Shown here: in pieces, positions 26,301 through 41,300 of the stretch | How the letters are laid out: each line of letters starts with the position of its first letter | Position numbering within the stretch: the stretch's first letter is position 1 | Source of the DNA: Leptogorgia sarmentosa | Lineage: Eukaryota | Direction of reading: 5' to 3' | Length of the DNA stretch: 64,000 bases | NCBI GenBank assembly: GCA_964658305.1 | Contig: OZ210884.1 | Location: 3,844,001-3,908,000 of the forward strand | Program-made: the position numbers and the translations under genes | The notes under the pieces: generated by a model | Told to the model about the DNA's origin: nothing | Database searches by the model: none | What the model saw: only the letters and a program-made list of their open reading frames with translations

Positions 26301-29300
26301 CGATGATGAAATACTCGTCACATTTAAAATTTAATATACGATCTATACTATATGTCCACCCGTTGAACAAAGACCTCAACGGGTAGTACCCGATATTTCT
26401 CAATTGAGAACATGGGTAATGCCCACGCTGGATTATCGTCTAAGTAGCCTGGCCTGGTAAATTATGAACAGTGATTGCCCGGGTCTATAATCATATGCAT
26501 TTAGCCAGGCCAGAGTGGTGAGCAGCGAGCTCGATGTAGCTCAAGTGGTAAGGCACGCGGTGCGTGCGTTACAGTTCTATAGTTCAAGCCCCGGTTCGAC
26601 ACATTTTTTCAGCGTTAGTGATTAAACATTTTTTTCCTCAATATTTTTTCAACCACAATGGTCAGGGTTAGGATTCTAGGGTTTGGGTTGGGATTAAGGA
26701 AATTCTTAGTATATAGAAAAATGGTTTATATCTAACACTAATATAACTATATCAAGAGTAATACTGAAACGCCGACCAGCAAGCTTAGACGATAGTCCAG
26801 CGTGGGCATTACCCGTGTTCTCAATTGAGAAATATTGGGTACTACCCGTTGAGGTCTTTGTTCAACGGCTGATATGTCTTGGGGTAGTGATATCTAAACT
26901 GTACTTGCAGATACAAAGTATACAGAAATCCTGTATATATAACCATGATGAAATACTCGTCACATTTAAAATTTAATATACGACCTATACCATAGGTTTT
27001 GGGGGGTGATATCTAAACTGTACTTGCAGATACAAAGTATATACAGAAATCCTGTATATATAACCATGATGAAATACTCGTCACATTTAAAATTTAATAT
27101 ACGATCTATACTATATGTCTTGGGGTAGTGATATCTAAACTGTACTTGCAGATACAAAGTATACAGAAATCCTGTATATATAACCATGATGAAATACTCG
27201 TCACATTTAAAATTTAATATACGATCTATACTATATGTCTTGGGGTAGTGATATCTAAACTGTACTTGCAGATACAAAGTATACAGAAATCCTGTATATA
27301 TAACCATGATGAAATACTCGTCACATTTAAAATTTAATATACGATCTATACCATAGGTTTTGGGGGGTGATATCTAAACTGTACTTGCAGATACAAAGTA
27401 TACAGAAATCCTGTATATATAACCATGATGAAATACTCGTCACATTTAAAATTTAATATACGACCTATACCATAGGTTTTGGGGGGTGATATCTAAACTG
27501 TACTTGCAGATACAAAGTATACAGAAATCCTGTATATATAACCATGATGAAATAATCGTCACATTTAAAATTTAATATACGACCTATACCATAGGTTTTG
27601 GGGGGTGATATCTAAACTGTACTTGCAGATACAAAGTATACAGAAATCCTGTATATATAACCATGATGAAATACTCGTCACATTTAAAATTTAATATACG
27701 ACCTATACCATAGGTTTTGGGGGGTGATATCTAAACTGTACTTGCAGATACAAAGTATACAGAAATCCTGTATATATAACCATGATGAAATACTCGTCAC
27801 ATTTAAAATTTAATATACGATCTATACTATATGTCTTGGGGTAGTGATATCTAAACTGTACTTGCAGATACAAAGTATACAGAAATCCTGTATATATAAC
27901 CATGATGAAGTACTCGTCAAATATAAAATTTAATATACGAGTCTACTAGCTAGGTCTTGGGGGTAGTGATACCTATATACTGTAGTTGCAGATCAGCAGA
28001 TACAAAGTATACAGTAATCCTGTATATATAACCATGGTGAAACTGAAATAACCACTCCTTTTTAAGCGAATATTGTAGGTCACAGATGGCGTGGATTCGT
28101 AGTGAATCCTACTATATTTTCGGGAAATGAAAAGCCGATACACCGATTTTTGGTATCATAACCATTGTACGATCAGTTTTTGTCAAGCTGTTTAACAACG
28201 TTTATTCTTTGAAATCTCGAGTTTGTTGGTTGTAGCGCTAATCTAATAACTGCACACAATGTTGTTAACGTAATTGTAATATTTAGAATATCTACGTGCT
28301 TTATCGTCATTTTCTAACCCTATTTTGTGTGATTTTTGCCCAGATGATGGTCAGCATTTTCTATCAATTCAGTTATTTTTATAGATCAACGAGTAAATTT
28401 TTACATTTGGTCAGCGGAAATACCCACAAATTGCGTGGTTGCATCTGTGGTTATGTATACTGAAAAATGGATATGATACATATATCCAGATTTTCTTCGC
28501 TGAATGAAAGTGAACTCTCTTTTAAATGTATAATAAAACAATTATTGGATTCGGCTTTCGCATGATATCAAGAATTATTCAGACCTCGGTCAATGTTATC
28601 CGCCTCAGCTTCGCTTCGGCAGATAACATTGACCTCGGTCTGAATAATTCTTGATAATTATCATTCTCCGCCTCATCCAATAATTGTTTATTAAAGTAAT
28701 GAAAACCAAATATGTTACTGTTTTAACTTTTGTATCTTCCCGACATGATCAGTGAGGGCCTTCACATCATACGTTAATTAAAAACGTTTCTGGGTTCAAT
28801 ATAGACTAGCTTTCCTCGCTTTCAACGGTATTATTAATAATGTTCAACTCAAACACCGATACTTTTTTAAGACACTCGGTGGTCTAACTTTTCGTCTACG
28901 TAGAATAGGGTTGAATATATTCGACGTAGTCTTTCTTCCTTCATTTAAGGTCTAGCTCAGGGAAGGGAAGAAATGACAATTGTATTGTTTAGTCATATTT
29001 ACAACAAATGCAAAGTCTAAAATGATTCAATTTAGATCCAAACACGCACACCTAAATTATTGTTTAGAACCGCCCTTTGACGAGGAGTGTCTATATAATC
29101 ATAGTACGGACATTTGTGGCAGAAATTCTCAATGTAAGTATTGATACTGCTTGGGGTTCCAGACGCAAATGTAACCCTGGTTATTCAGGAGTGGTTTGTA
29201 CTGGTAAGGCTTGTTCTCTTATTATGTACGCGCCAATCATCTACCTTTTCCTGGTATATTCAATTAACATGTTCTTTATATTATAACCTATGCAAAATTA

Positions 29301-32300
29301 CATTACATCAGCACTACCAACGTTAACGCAGATTGATAGCTAATATCATTGCATTTCAGTCTGGTTCTCTTAATATATATGTATGTTTTGGAGAACATTA
29401 TAATCAAGGTGCATGTTCCAAGATTATATCATCGTTCTCCATAAGAATAGATTTTGTGAGTATAGTGAAATTAAAATTATTATAAAGTCTGTTACATGTA
29501 TTCTTAGATGAAGCCCGTAGCAGAGGGGGGGGGGGGGGTGCCCCACCCACTCGGAAATAAAATTGAAATTGTGCCCCCCTATTCCACAATCTTTTTGCCA
29601 TTTAAAAATTAGACAGCGAGGCTGTCTTGTCCATGAAAGAATAGTAATCGAAGGCGTAGCCTAATTATTTTGGTGTAGTAGCCACAAACACTATCACTGT
29701 GATAGTCAGTGTGACGTTTGAATATCTGAATATTAACAGAAATATAAATACATTTATATGCAGCTTTTGCTTTTTTGGTTTTAGTTAAGCCCACTTATGA
29801 CAGTAACGCCGACGAACTTGGTATGATAATACTTTGATAACACTGTAATATACCCTTTATTTTCATTTTGAAATTTTAATGTGTGTGAAACATGACATAC
29901 GACAAAGACCGTGGATCACTAACTAAACTAGCTGCGAGTTCAAAAGTTCAAAAGCGTACCAAATCTTTTTAAATTTTTTTTCTGCAGCGCCCCCCCCAGA
30001 AAAAAAGAGCCATGATCAATGTTCTTCGACTAACAACTGCCATTCCAATGCTGATTGCATCAACACTTATGGGTTTAACGTGTGCACTTGTCGCACTGGA
30101 TACAAAGGAAATGGAATTCTTTGCACTGGTAAACAAACCCCATTTATTAATAAAACCTGCCTTAAAAAGACAATTCAGAGTTGTTTTTTTAAATAAATGA
30201 GTGATAACCTAAAATATTGTTTTTTAAAGCTCTGCCAAATATTTTCAGATATCGATGAATGTTCTTTTTCTCGTGACAAAAACTGTCACAAAAATGCCAT
30301 TTGCAGCAATACTGATGGATCTTTCTTGTGCACCTGTGGCACTGGATTCACTGGAAATGGAATTCTTTGCACTGGTAAACAAACCCATTTACTAATAAAA
30401 CCTCTCTTAAAATAAAGACAATTCAGAGTTTTTATGAAATAAATGAGTGATTAAACCTAAAATATATATTTTTTAAATTTTTGTCAAATATTTTCAGATA
30501 TCGATGAATGTTCTTTTTCTCATGACAACTGTCACGAAAATGCCATTTGCAGCAATACTGATGGATCTTTCTTGTGCACTTGTGACACTGGCTATACAGG
30601 AAATGGAATTCGTTGCAGAGGTAGAGTCAAACTAATTTGGTTACATTAAAAATTTCCAAAAATCCTTTTCTATAATTAAGAGCGAAGATTCTGAAAAGAG
30701 GTAGTAATAATCTAAATGTCTATACGTGGAAGTTTTGAAAACGAAGGAAATGCTTCGAATGAATTAAGCTATCCATAAATGGTAAATAAATGTATAATTG
30801 TTGTATCCGTTTAGATATAGATGAATGTTCTCTTTCTCTTGACAACTGTCACGACAACGCCATTTGCAGTAATACTGATGGATCTTTCGCTTGCACTTGT
30901 GACACTGGATACACTGGAAATGGAATTCTTTGCACTGGTAATTACTAAACAAACCCATTTACCAATAAAACCTTCCCTTAAAAATAAAAATAATTCAGAG
31001 TTTTTATGATTATGAAATAAATTTGTTACAACCAAAAATATTTTTTTCGTGAAAGTTTTGTCAAATATTTTCAGATATCGATGAATGTTCTTTTTCTCGT
31101 GACAACTGTCACGAAAATGCCATTTGCAGCAATACTGATGGATCTTTCTTGTGCACTTGTGGCATTGGATACACTGGAAATGGAATTCTTTGCACTGGTA
31201 AACAAACCCATTTATTAATAAGACCTTCCTATAAAAAAAAATAATTCAGAGTTTTTATGAAATAAAAGAGTGATAACCTAAAAAATTGTTGCGAAAGTTT
31301 TGTCAAATATTTCAGATATCGATGAATGTTCTTTTTCTCGTGACAACTGTCACGAAAATGCCATTTGCAGCAATACTGATGGATCTTTCTTGTGCACTTG
31401 TGACACTGGCTATACAGGAAATGGAATTCGTTGCGGAGGTAGAGTTAAGCTAATTTGGTTACTTTAAAAATTTCCAAAAATCCTTTTCTATAATTAAGAG
31501 CGAAGATTCTGAAAAGAGGTAGTAATAACCTAAATGTCTACGTGGAAGTTTTCAAAACGAAGGAAAAGCTTCGAATGAATTAAGCTATCCATAAATGGCA
31601 AGTAGATGTATAATTGTTGTATCCGTTTAGATATAGATGAATGTTCTCTTTCTCTTGACAATTGTCACGACAACGCCATTTGCAGCAATACTGATGGATC
31701 TTTCGCTTGCACTTGTGACACTGGATACACTGGAAATGGAATTCTTTGCGGTGGTAATTACTAAACAAACCCATTTATTAATAAAACCTGCCTTAAAAAT
31801 AAAGATAATTCAGAGTTTTTATGATTTATGAAATAAATTGAGTTACAACCTATAATACAATATTTTTTTCGCGAAAGTTTTTTCAAATATTTTCAGATAT
31901 CCATGAATGTTCTTTTTCTCTTGACAACTGTCACGAAAATGCCATTTGCAGCAATACTGATGGATCTTTCTTGTGCACTTGTGGCATTGGATACACTGGA
32001 AATGGAATTCTTTGCACTGGTAAACAAACCCATTTACTAATAAAACCTGCATTAAAAATAAAGACAATTAGAGTTTTTATGAAATAAATTAGTTACAACC
32101 TAAAATATTTTTCTTGAAAGTTTTGTCAAATATTTTCAGATATCGATGAATGTTCTTTTTCTCGTGACAACTGTCACGAAAATGCCATTTGCAGCAATAC
32201 TGATGGATCTTTCTTGTGCACTTGTGACACTGGCTACACAGGAAATGGAATTCGTTGCAGAGGTAGAGTTAAACTAATTTGGTTACTTTAAAAATTTCCA

Positions 32301-35300
32301 AGAATCCTTTTCTATAATTAAGAGCGAAGATTCTGAAATGAGGTAGTAATAACCTAAATGTCTCCGTGGAAGTTTTGAAAACGAAAGAAATACTTCGAGT
32401 GAATTATGCTATCCATAAATGGCAAGTAGATGTATAATTGTTGTATCCGTTTAGATATAGATGAATGTTCTCTTTCTCTTGACAATTGTCACGACAACGC
32501 CATATGCAGCAATACTGGTGGATCTTTCGCTTGCACTTGTGACACTGGATACACTGGAAATGGAATTCTTTGCATTGGTAATTACTAAAGAAACCCATTT
32601 TCCAATAAAACCTGCCTTAGGAATAAAGATAGTTCAGAGTTTTTATGATTATGAAATAAATGAGTTACAACCTAAAATATTGTTTTCGTGAAAGTTTTGT
32701 CAAATATTTTCAGATATCGATGAATGTTCTTTTTCTCATCTCAACTGTCACGAAAATGCCATTTGCAGCAATACTGAAGGATCTTTCTTGTGCACTTGTG
32801 ACATTGGATACACCGGAAATGGAATTCGTTGCAGAGGTAGAGTCAAACTAATTTGGTTACATTAAAAATTTCCAAAAATCCTTTTCTATAATTAAGAGCG
32901 AAGATTCTGAAAAGAGGTAGTAATAATCTAAATGTCTATACGTGGAAGTTTTGAAAACGAAGGAAATGCTTCGAATGAATTAAGCTATCCATAAATGGTA
33001 AATAAATGTATAATTGTTGTATCCGTTTAGATATAGATGAATGTTCTCTTTCTCTTGACAACTGTCACGACAACGCCATTTGCAGTAATACTGATGGATC
33101 TTTCGCTTGCACTTGTGACACTGGATACACTGGAAATGGAATTCTTTGCACTGGTAATTACAAAAACAAACCCATTTACCAATAAAACCTTCCCTTAAAA
33201 ATAAAAATAATTCAGAGTTTTTATGATTATGAAATAAATTTGTTACAACCAAAAATATTTTTTTCGTGAAAGTTTTGTCAAATATTTTCAGATATCGATG
33301 AATGTTCTTTTTCTCGTGACAACTGTCACGAAAATGCCATTTGCAGCAATACTGATGGATCTTTCTTGTGCACTTGTGGCATTGGATACACTGGAAATGG
33401 AATTCTTTGCACTGGTAAACAAACCCATTTATTAATAAGACCTTCCTATAAAAAAAATAATTCAGAGTTTTTATGAAATAAAAGAGTGATAACCTAAAAA
33501 ATTGTTGCGAAAGTTTTGTCAAATATTTCAGATATCGATGAATGTTCTTTTTCTCGTGACAACTGTCACGAAAATGCCATTTGCAGCAATACTGATGGAT
33601 CTTTCTTGTGCACTTGTGACACTGGCTATACAGGAAATGGAATTCGTTGCGGAGGTAGAGTTAAGCTAATTTGGTTACTTTAAAAATTTCCAAAAATCCT
33701 TTTCTATAATTAAGAGCGAAGATTCTGAAAAGAGGTAGTAATAACCTAAATGTCTACGTGGAAGTTTTCAAAACGAAGGAAAAGCTTCGAATGAATTAAG
33801 CTATCCATAAATGGCAAGTAGATGTATAATTGTTGTATCCGTTTAGATATAGATGAATGTTCTCTTTCTCTTGACAATTGTCACGACAACGCCATTTGCA
33901 GCAATACTGATGGATCTTTCGCTTGCACTTGTGACACTGGATACACTGGAAATGGAATTCTTTGCGGTGGTAATTACTAAACAAACCCATTTATTAATAA
34001 AACCTGCCTTAAAAATAAAGATAATTCAGAGTTTTTATGATTTATGAAATAAATTGAGTTACAACCTATAATACAATATTTTTTTCGCGAAAGTTTTTTC
34101 AAATATTTTCAGATATCCATGAATGTTCTTTTTCTCTTGACAACTGTCACGAAAATGCCATTTGCAGCAATACTGATGGATCTTTCTTGTGCACTTGTGG
34201 CATTGGATACACTGGAAATGGAATTCTTTGCACTGGTAAACAAACCCATTTACTAATAAAACCTGCATTAAAAATAAAGACAATTAGAGTTTTTATGAAA
34301 TAAATTAGTTACAACCTAAAATATTTTTCTTGAAAGTTTTGTCAAATATTTTCAGATATCGATGAATGTTCTTTTTCTCGTGACAACTGTCACGAAAATG
34401 CCATTTGCAGCAATACTGATGGATCTTTCTTGTGCACTTGTGACACTGGCTACACAGGAAATGGAATTCGTTGCAGAGGTAGAGTTAAACTAATTTGGTT
34501 ACTTTAAAAATTTCCAAGAATCCTTTTCTATAATTAAGAGCGAAGATTCTGAAATGAGGTAGTAATAACCTAAATGTCTCCGTGGAAGTTTTGAAAACGA
34601 AAGAAATACTTCGAGTGAATTATGCTATCCATAAATGGCAAGTAGATGTATAATTGTTGTATCCGTTTAGATATAGATGAATGTTCTCTTTCTCTTGACA
34701 ATTGTCACGACAACGCCATATGCAGCAATACTGGTGGATCTTTCGCTTGCACTTGTGACACTGGATACACTGGAAATGGAATTCTTTGCATTGGTAATTA
34801 CTAAAGAAACCCATTTTCCAATAAAACCTGCCTTAGGAATAAAGATAGTTCAGAGTTTTTATGATTATGAAATAAATGAGTTACAACCTAAAATATTGTT
34901 TTCGTGAAAGTTTTGTCAAATATTTTCAGATATCGATGAATGTTCTTTTTCTCATCTCAACTGTCACGAAAATGCCATTTGCAGCAATACTGAAGGATCT
35001 TTCTTGTGCACTTGTGACATTGGATACACCGGAAATGGAATTCGTTGCAGAGGTAGAGTCAAACTAATTTGGTTACATTAAAAATTTCCAAAAATCCTTT
35101 TCTATAATTAAGAGCGAAGATTCTGAAAAGAGGTAGTAATAATCTAAATGTCTATACGTGGAAGTTTTGAAAACGAAGGAAATGCTTCGAATGAATTAAG
35201 CTATCCATAAATGGTAAATAAATGTATAATTGTTGTATCCGTTTAGATATAGATGAATGTTCTCTTTCTCTTGACAACTGTCACGACAACGCCATTTGCA

Positions 35301-38300
35301 GTAATACTGATGGATCTTTCGCTTGCACTTGTGACACTGGATACACTGGAAATGGAATTCTTTGCACTGGTAATTACAAAAACAAACCCATTTACCAATA
35401 AAACCTTCCCTTAAAAATAAAAATAATTCAGAGTTTTTATGATTATGAAATAAATTTGTTACAACCAAAAATATTTTTTTCGTGAAAGTTTTGTCAAATA
35501 TTTTCAGATATCGATGAATGTTCTTTTTCTCGTGACAACTGTCACGAAAATGCCATTTGCAGCAATACTGATGGATCTTTCTTGTGCACTTGTGGCATTG
35601 GATACACTGGAAATGGAATTCTTTGCACTGGTAAACAAACCCATTTATTAATAAGACCTTCCTATAAAAAAAATAATTCAGAGTTTTTATGAAATAAAAG
35701 AGTGATAACCTAAAAAATTGTTGCGAAAGTTTTGTCAAATATTTCAGATATCGATGAATGTTCTTTTTCTCGTGACAACTGTCACGAAAATGCCATTTGC
35801 AGCAATACTGATGGATCTTTCTTGTGCACTTGTGACACTGGCTATACAGGAAATGGAATTCGTTGCGGAGGTAGAGTTAAGCTAATTTGGTTACTTTAAA
35901 AATTTCCAAAAATCCTTTTCTATAATTAAGAGCGAAGATTCTGAAAAGAGGTAGTAATAACCTAAATGTCTACGTGGAAGTTTTCAAAACGAAGGAAAAG
36001 CTTCGAATGAATTAAGCTATCCATAAATGGCAAGTAGATGTATAATTGTTGTATCCGTTTAGATATAGATGAATGTTCTCTTTCTCTTGACAATTGTCAC
36101 GACAACGCCATTTGCAGCAATACTGATGGATCTTTCGCTTGCACTTGTGACACTGGATACACTGGAAATGGAATTCTTTGCGGTGGTAATTACTAAACAA
36201 ACCCATTTATTAATAAAACCTGCCTTAAAAATAAAGATAATTCAGAGTTTTTATGATTTATGAAATAAATTGAGTTACAACCTATAATACAATATTTTTT
36301 TCGCGAAAGTTTTTTCAAATATTTTCAGATATCCATGAATGTTCTTTTTCTCTTGACAACTGTCACGAAAATGCCATTTGCAGCAATACTGATGGATCTT
36401 TCTTGTGCACTTGTGGCATTGGATACACTGGAAATGGAATTCTTTGCACTGGTAAACAAACCCATTTACTAATAAAACCTGCATTAAAAATAAAGACAAT
36501 TAGAGTTTTTATGAAATAAATTAGTTACAACCTAAAATATTTTTCTTGAAAGTTTTGTCAAATATTTTCAGATATCGATGAATGTTCTTTTTCTCGTGAC
36601 AACTGTCACGAAAATGCCATTTGCAGCAATACTGATGGATCTTTCTTGTGCACTTGTGACACTGGCTACACAGGAAATGGAATTCGTTGCAGAGGTAGAG
36701 TTAAACTAATTTGGTTACTTTAAAAATTTCCAAGAATCCTTTTCTATAATTAAGAGCGAAGATTCTGAAATGAGGTAGTAATAACCTAAATGTCTCCGTG
36801 GAAGTTTTGAAAACGAAAGAAATACTTCGAGTGAATTATGCTATCCATAAATGGCAAGTAGATGTATAATTGTTGTATCCGTTTAGATATAGATGAATGT
36901 TCTCTTTCTCTTGACAATTGTCACGACAACGCCATATGCAGCAATACTGGTGGATCTTTCGCTTGCACTTGTGACACTGGATACACTGGAAATGGAATTC
37001 TTTGCATTGGTAATTACTAAAGAAACCCATTTTCCAATAAAACCTGCCTTAGGAATAAAGATAGTTCAGAGTTTTTATGATTATGAAATAAATGAGTTAC
37101 AACCTAAAATATTGTTTTCGTGAAAGTTTTGTCAAATATTTTCAGATATCGATGAATGTTCTTTTTCTCATCTCAACTGTCACGAAAATGCCATTTGCAG
37201 CAATACTGAAGGATCTTTCTTGTGCACTTGTGACATTGGATACACCGGAAATGGAATTCTTTGCACTGGTAAACAAACCCATTTATTAATAAAACCTGCC
37301 TTAAAAATAAAGACAATTCAGAGTTTTTATGAAATAAATGAGAGATAATCTAAATTATTTTTTTCCGGTGCGTAACTCCCCGTCCATAACCTAAATAGAG
37401 CTTTCTGATTGGTTGCCGAGCGGTCCGTATCCTACGGTACGGACTGCACGCATTCTCGTAGATACAAACATAGTCAATGTTTTTGTTTTTTAAAATTGAA
37501 TAACCGCTTTTTAAAACATTCAAAACGAATTTAGGAGATAAAGAACACATGAAAGTTCATTTTATCATGCTAAGGGATATTTTAGGGGGTATTTACAGCG
37601 ACAAAAACGCATAAGTATCAAAAAGTCTCATCAGTATGAACAAAACAAGACATTCTCGGCGAAATATTTCGGTGCCTAAAGCGTATTTTCACCATGTTTG
37701 TATCGTGAAACAAACGGGAACATAAATCATCTTAATACGTTTACCCTTTTCGTAGTAATGTTGAGTGGAAAAGCGTCAATATTGAGGCAAATGCGTCAAT
37801 ATTGAAGGGTTTTTTCTCACTTCGTCTTGGCTGTTTAGCAGCCATACTTGCGATAGAGTAGCAAAGTAAACAAACACAACTGATCTCAAAAACTAGTTCG
37901 CAACGCTGGAATTTTTGACGAATTTTATCATAAAATAGAGGAGAAAAAAAAAAGAAAGTTATTTACCATTTAGGTCGGTCCGTACTGGAAAATATTTTGT
38001 CTCGGTCTCAAAAACGTCCCTCAGCCTTCGGCCTCGGGCCGTTTTCGAGACCCTGACAAAATATTTTCCAGTACAGGTCCGGACCTCCCAGCTGGTAAAT
38101 AACATATGTATATATTTTTTTTTGAAAGTTTTTTAAAATATTTTCAGATATCGATGAATGTTCTTTTTCTCATCTCAACTGCCACGAAAAGGCCATTTGC
38201 AGCAATACTGCTGGATCTTTCTTGTGCACCTGTGACACTGGATTCACTGGAAATGGAATTCTTTGCACTGGTAAACAAACCCATTTACTAATAAAACCTC

Positions 38301-41300
38301 CCTTAAAATAAAGACAATTCAGAGTTTTTATGAAATAAATGAGTGATTAAACATAAAAAATATTTTTTTGAAAGTTTTGTCAAATATTTTCAGATATCGA
38401 TGAATGTTCTTTTTCTCATGACAACTGTCACGAAAATGCCATTTGCAGCAATACTGATGGATCTTTCTTGTGCACTTGTGACACTGGCTACACAGGAAAT
38501 GGAATTCTTTGCAGAGGTAGAGTTAAGCTAATTTGGTTACTTCAAAATTTCCAAGAATCCTTTTGTTGAATTAAGAGCGAAGATTCTGAAAAGAGGTAGT
38601 AATAACCTAAATGTCTACGTGGAAGTTTTCAAAACGAAGGAAATGCTTCGAATGAATTAAGCTATCCATAAATGGTAAGTAAATGTATAATTGTTGTATC
38701 CGTTTAGATATCGATGAATGTTCTCTTTCTCTTGACAATTGTCACGACAACGCCATTTGCAGTAACACTGATGGATTTTTCGCTTGTACTTGTAACACCG
38801 GATACACTGGAAATGGAATTCTTTGCAGTGGTAATTACTAAACAAACATATTTACTAATCAAACCTGTCTTAGGAATACAGATAATTCAGAGTTTTTATG
38901 ATTTATGAAATAAATGAGTTACAACCTAAAGTATTTTTTGTGAAAATTTTGTCAAATATTTTTAGATATCGATGAATGTTCTTTTTCTCGTGACAACTGT
39001 CACGAAAATGCCATTTGCAGCAATACTGATGGATCTTTCTTGTGCACTTGTGACACTGGCTACACAGGAAATGGAATTCGTTGCAGGGGTACAGTTAAGC
39101 TAATTTGGTTACTTTAAAAATTTCCAAGAATCCTTTTCTATAATTAAGAGGGAAAATTCTGAAAAGAGGTAGTAATAACCTAAATGTCTACGTGGAAGTT
39201 TTCAAATCGAAGGAAATGCTTCGAATGAATTAAGCTATCCATAAATGGTAAGTAAATGTATTGTTGTATCCGTTTAGATATCGATGAATGTTCTCTTTCT
39301 CTTGACAACTGTCACAACAACGCCATTTGCAGTAACACTGATGGATCTTTCGCTTGCACTTGTGACACTGGATACACTGGAAATGGAATTCTTTGCACTG
39401 GTAAACAAACCCATTTACTAATAAAACCTTCCTTAAGAAGAAAGATAATTTATAATTTTTATGAAATAAATGAGGTAGAACCTAAAATATTGCTTTTGTG
39501 AAAGTTTTTTCAAATATTTTCAGATATCGATGAATGTTCTTTTTCTCATGACAACTGTAACGAAAATGCCATTTGCAGCAATACTGATGGATCTTTCTTG
39601 TGCACTTGTGACATTGGATACACTGGAAATGGAATTCTTTGCACTGGTAAACAAACCCATTTACTTATAAAACCTGCATTAAGAAGAAAGATAATTTATA
39701 GTTTTTATGAAATAAATGAGGTACAACATAAAATATTGTTTTTGTGAAAGTTTTTTCAAATATTTTCAGATATCGATGAATGTTCTTTTTCTCATGACAA
39801 CTGTCACGAAAATGCCATTTGCAGCAATACTGATGGATCTTTCTTGTGCACTTGTGACACTGGATACACTGGAAATGGAATTCTTTGCACTGGTAAACAA
39901 TCCCATTTACTAATAAAACCTGCCTTAATAATAAAGACAATCAGAGTTTTTATGAAATAAATGAGTGATAACCTAAAATATTTTTGCGAAAGTTTTGTCA
40001 AATATTTTCAGATATCGATGAATGTTCTCTTTTCCTTCACAACTGTCATCACAACGCCATTTGCAACAACACTAACGGATCATTCGTTTGTACTTGTGAC
40101 ACTGGATACACGGGAAATGGAATTCTTTGCATTGGTAAACAAATCCATTAATTAATAAAACCTGCCTTGAAATAAAGATAATTCAGTTTTTTGATAGAAT
40201 AAAGAAGTTATAACCTAAAATATTTTATTTGTGAATGTTTTGTCATATATTTTCAGATATCGATGAATGTTCTTTTTCTTGTGACAACTGTCACGAAAAT
40301 GCCATTTGCAGCAATACTGATGGATCTTTCTTGTGCACTTGTGACATTGGATACACCGGAAATGGAACTGTTTGCAAAGGTGAAATTTAAATAGGTGCTG
40401 AACGGTAATTTGATTCCCCAACATCTTAAATATCTTTCTCGTTTAATAGAAACAAACAACAAGTAAACTTTTCAGGAAATTCTTGAAAGATTTTATATAG
40501 AACTAATTAAACTAGTCACATGTTGTTTAAACATTCATTAAATGTGTTTAAACATTCATTAAATGGAGAATATCATAAACGCACATGTTTGTTATTTCTC
40601 AAGCTACCAATGTATATTTTTATGTGAAAAAGTAATTTGCAGAGGTAAACTGAATAAAATATGTATTTTTTATTCCTCAAATTTTCGACAAAATGTGTTG
40701 AAAACCTGAAACCTTTTTGGCGTTCCTTTCAAAATCTAATTATTCTGTGATTATTGTCTCAATACAATTGTCTATTTGTAATCTTCGAAACTTTGTATTG
40801 CTAATGAGAAACTAAAAGGAACATAAAAGATATGAGCTAGCAACACTACTTCAATGTTCGTATAACCAGCGCAACATGATTGAAGCCTTGGTTTCGACAA
40901 TAAATACAAGATTTTAAACATAATTTTCTCTTTGGCGTGCCGTCCAAATCTATTTTCTTCATTGCATATCATAAATTATGTATCCGCCAGGTTTTTGAGG
41001 TTAGTCTACTAACCGAGAAACTTCAACTTCGGAATACATATTTTGAAGAACCTGAGCTTTGAGCGCGAGATACGGAAATACAGAAAATCTTTGTCTTAGT
41101 AAAACCTGCCTCTGAAATAAAGATAAATTTGTATTTTAACCGAAAGATTAATATCCTCAACTTGAAAAAATTATATGTGGACGTTCTCTTTTATATGTTT
41201 AGATATCGATGAATGTTCTCTTTTCCTTCACAACTGTCACGAAAATGCCACTTGTACTAACACTAACGGATCATTCGTCTGCATTTGTGTCTCTGGGTAC

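Noticed and set aside
20835..28043. Dozens of 60-150 aa ORFs, or a CRISPR-like array
   Set aside because: The ORFs are translations of satellite monomers in several frames on both strands; inter-core sequences are repeated, not unique spacers.
30764..40462. Cys/His-rich minus-strand ORFs ([15 protein letters not shown]) resembling zinc fingers or heme-binding CxxCH proteins
   Set aside because: They are antisense readings of the EGF exons; the plus-strand frame has splice sites and the cbEGF consensus.
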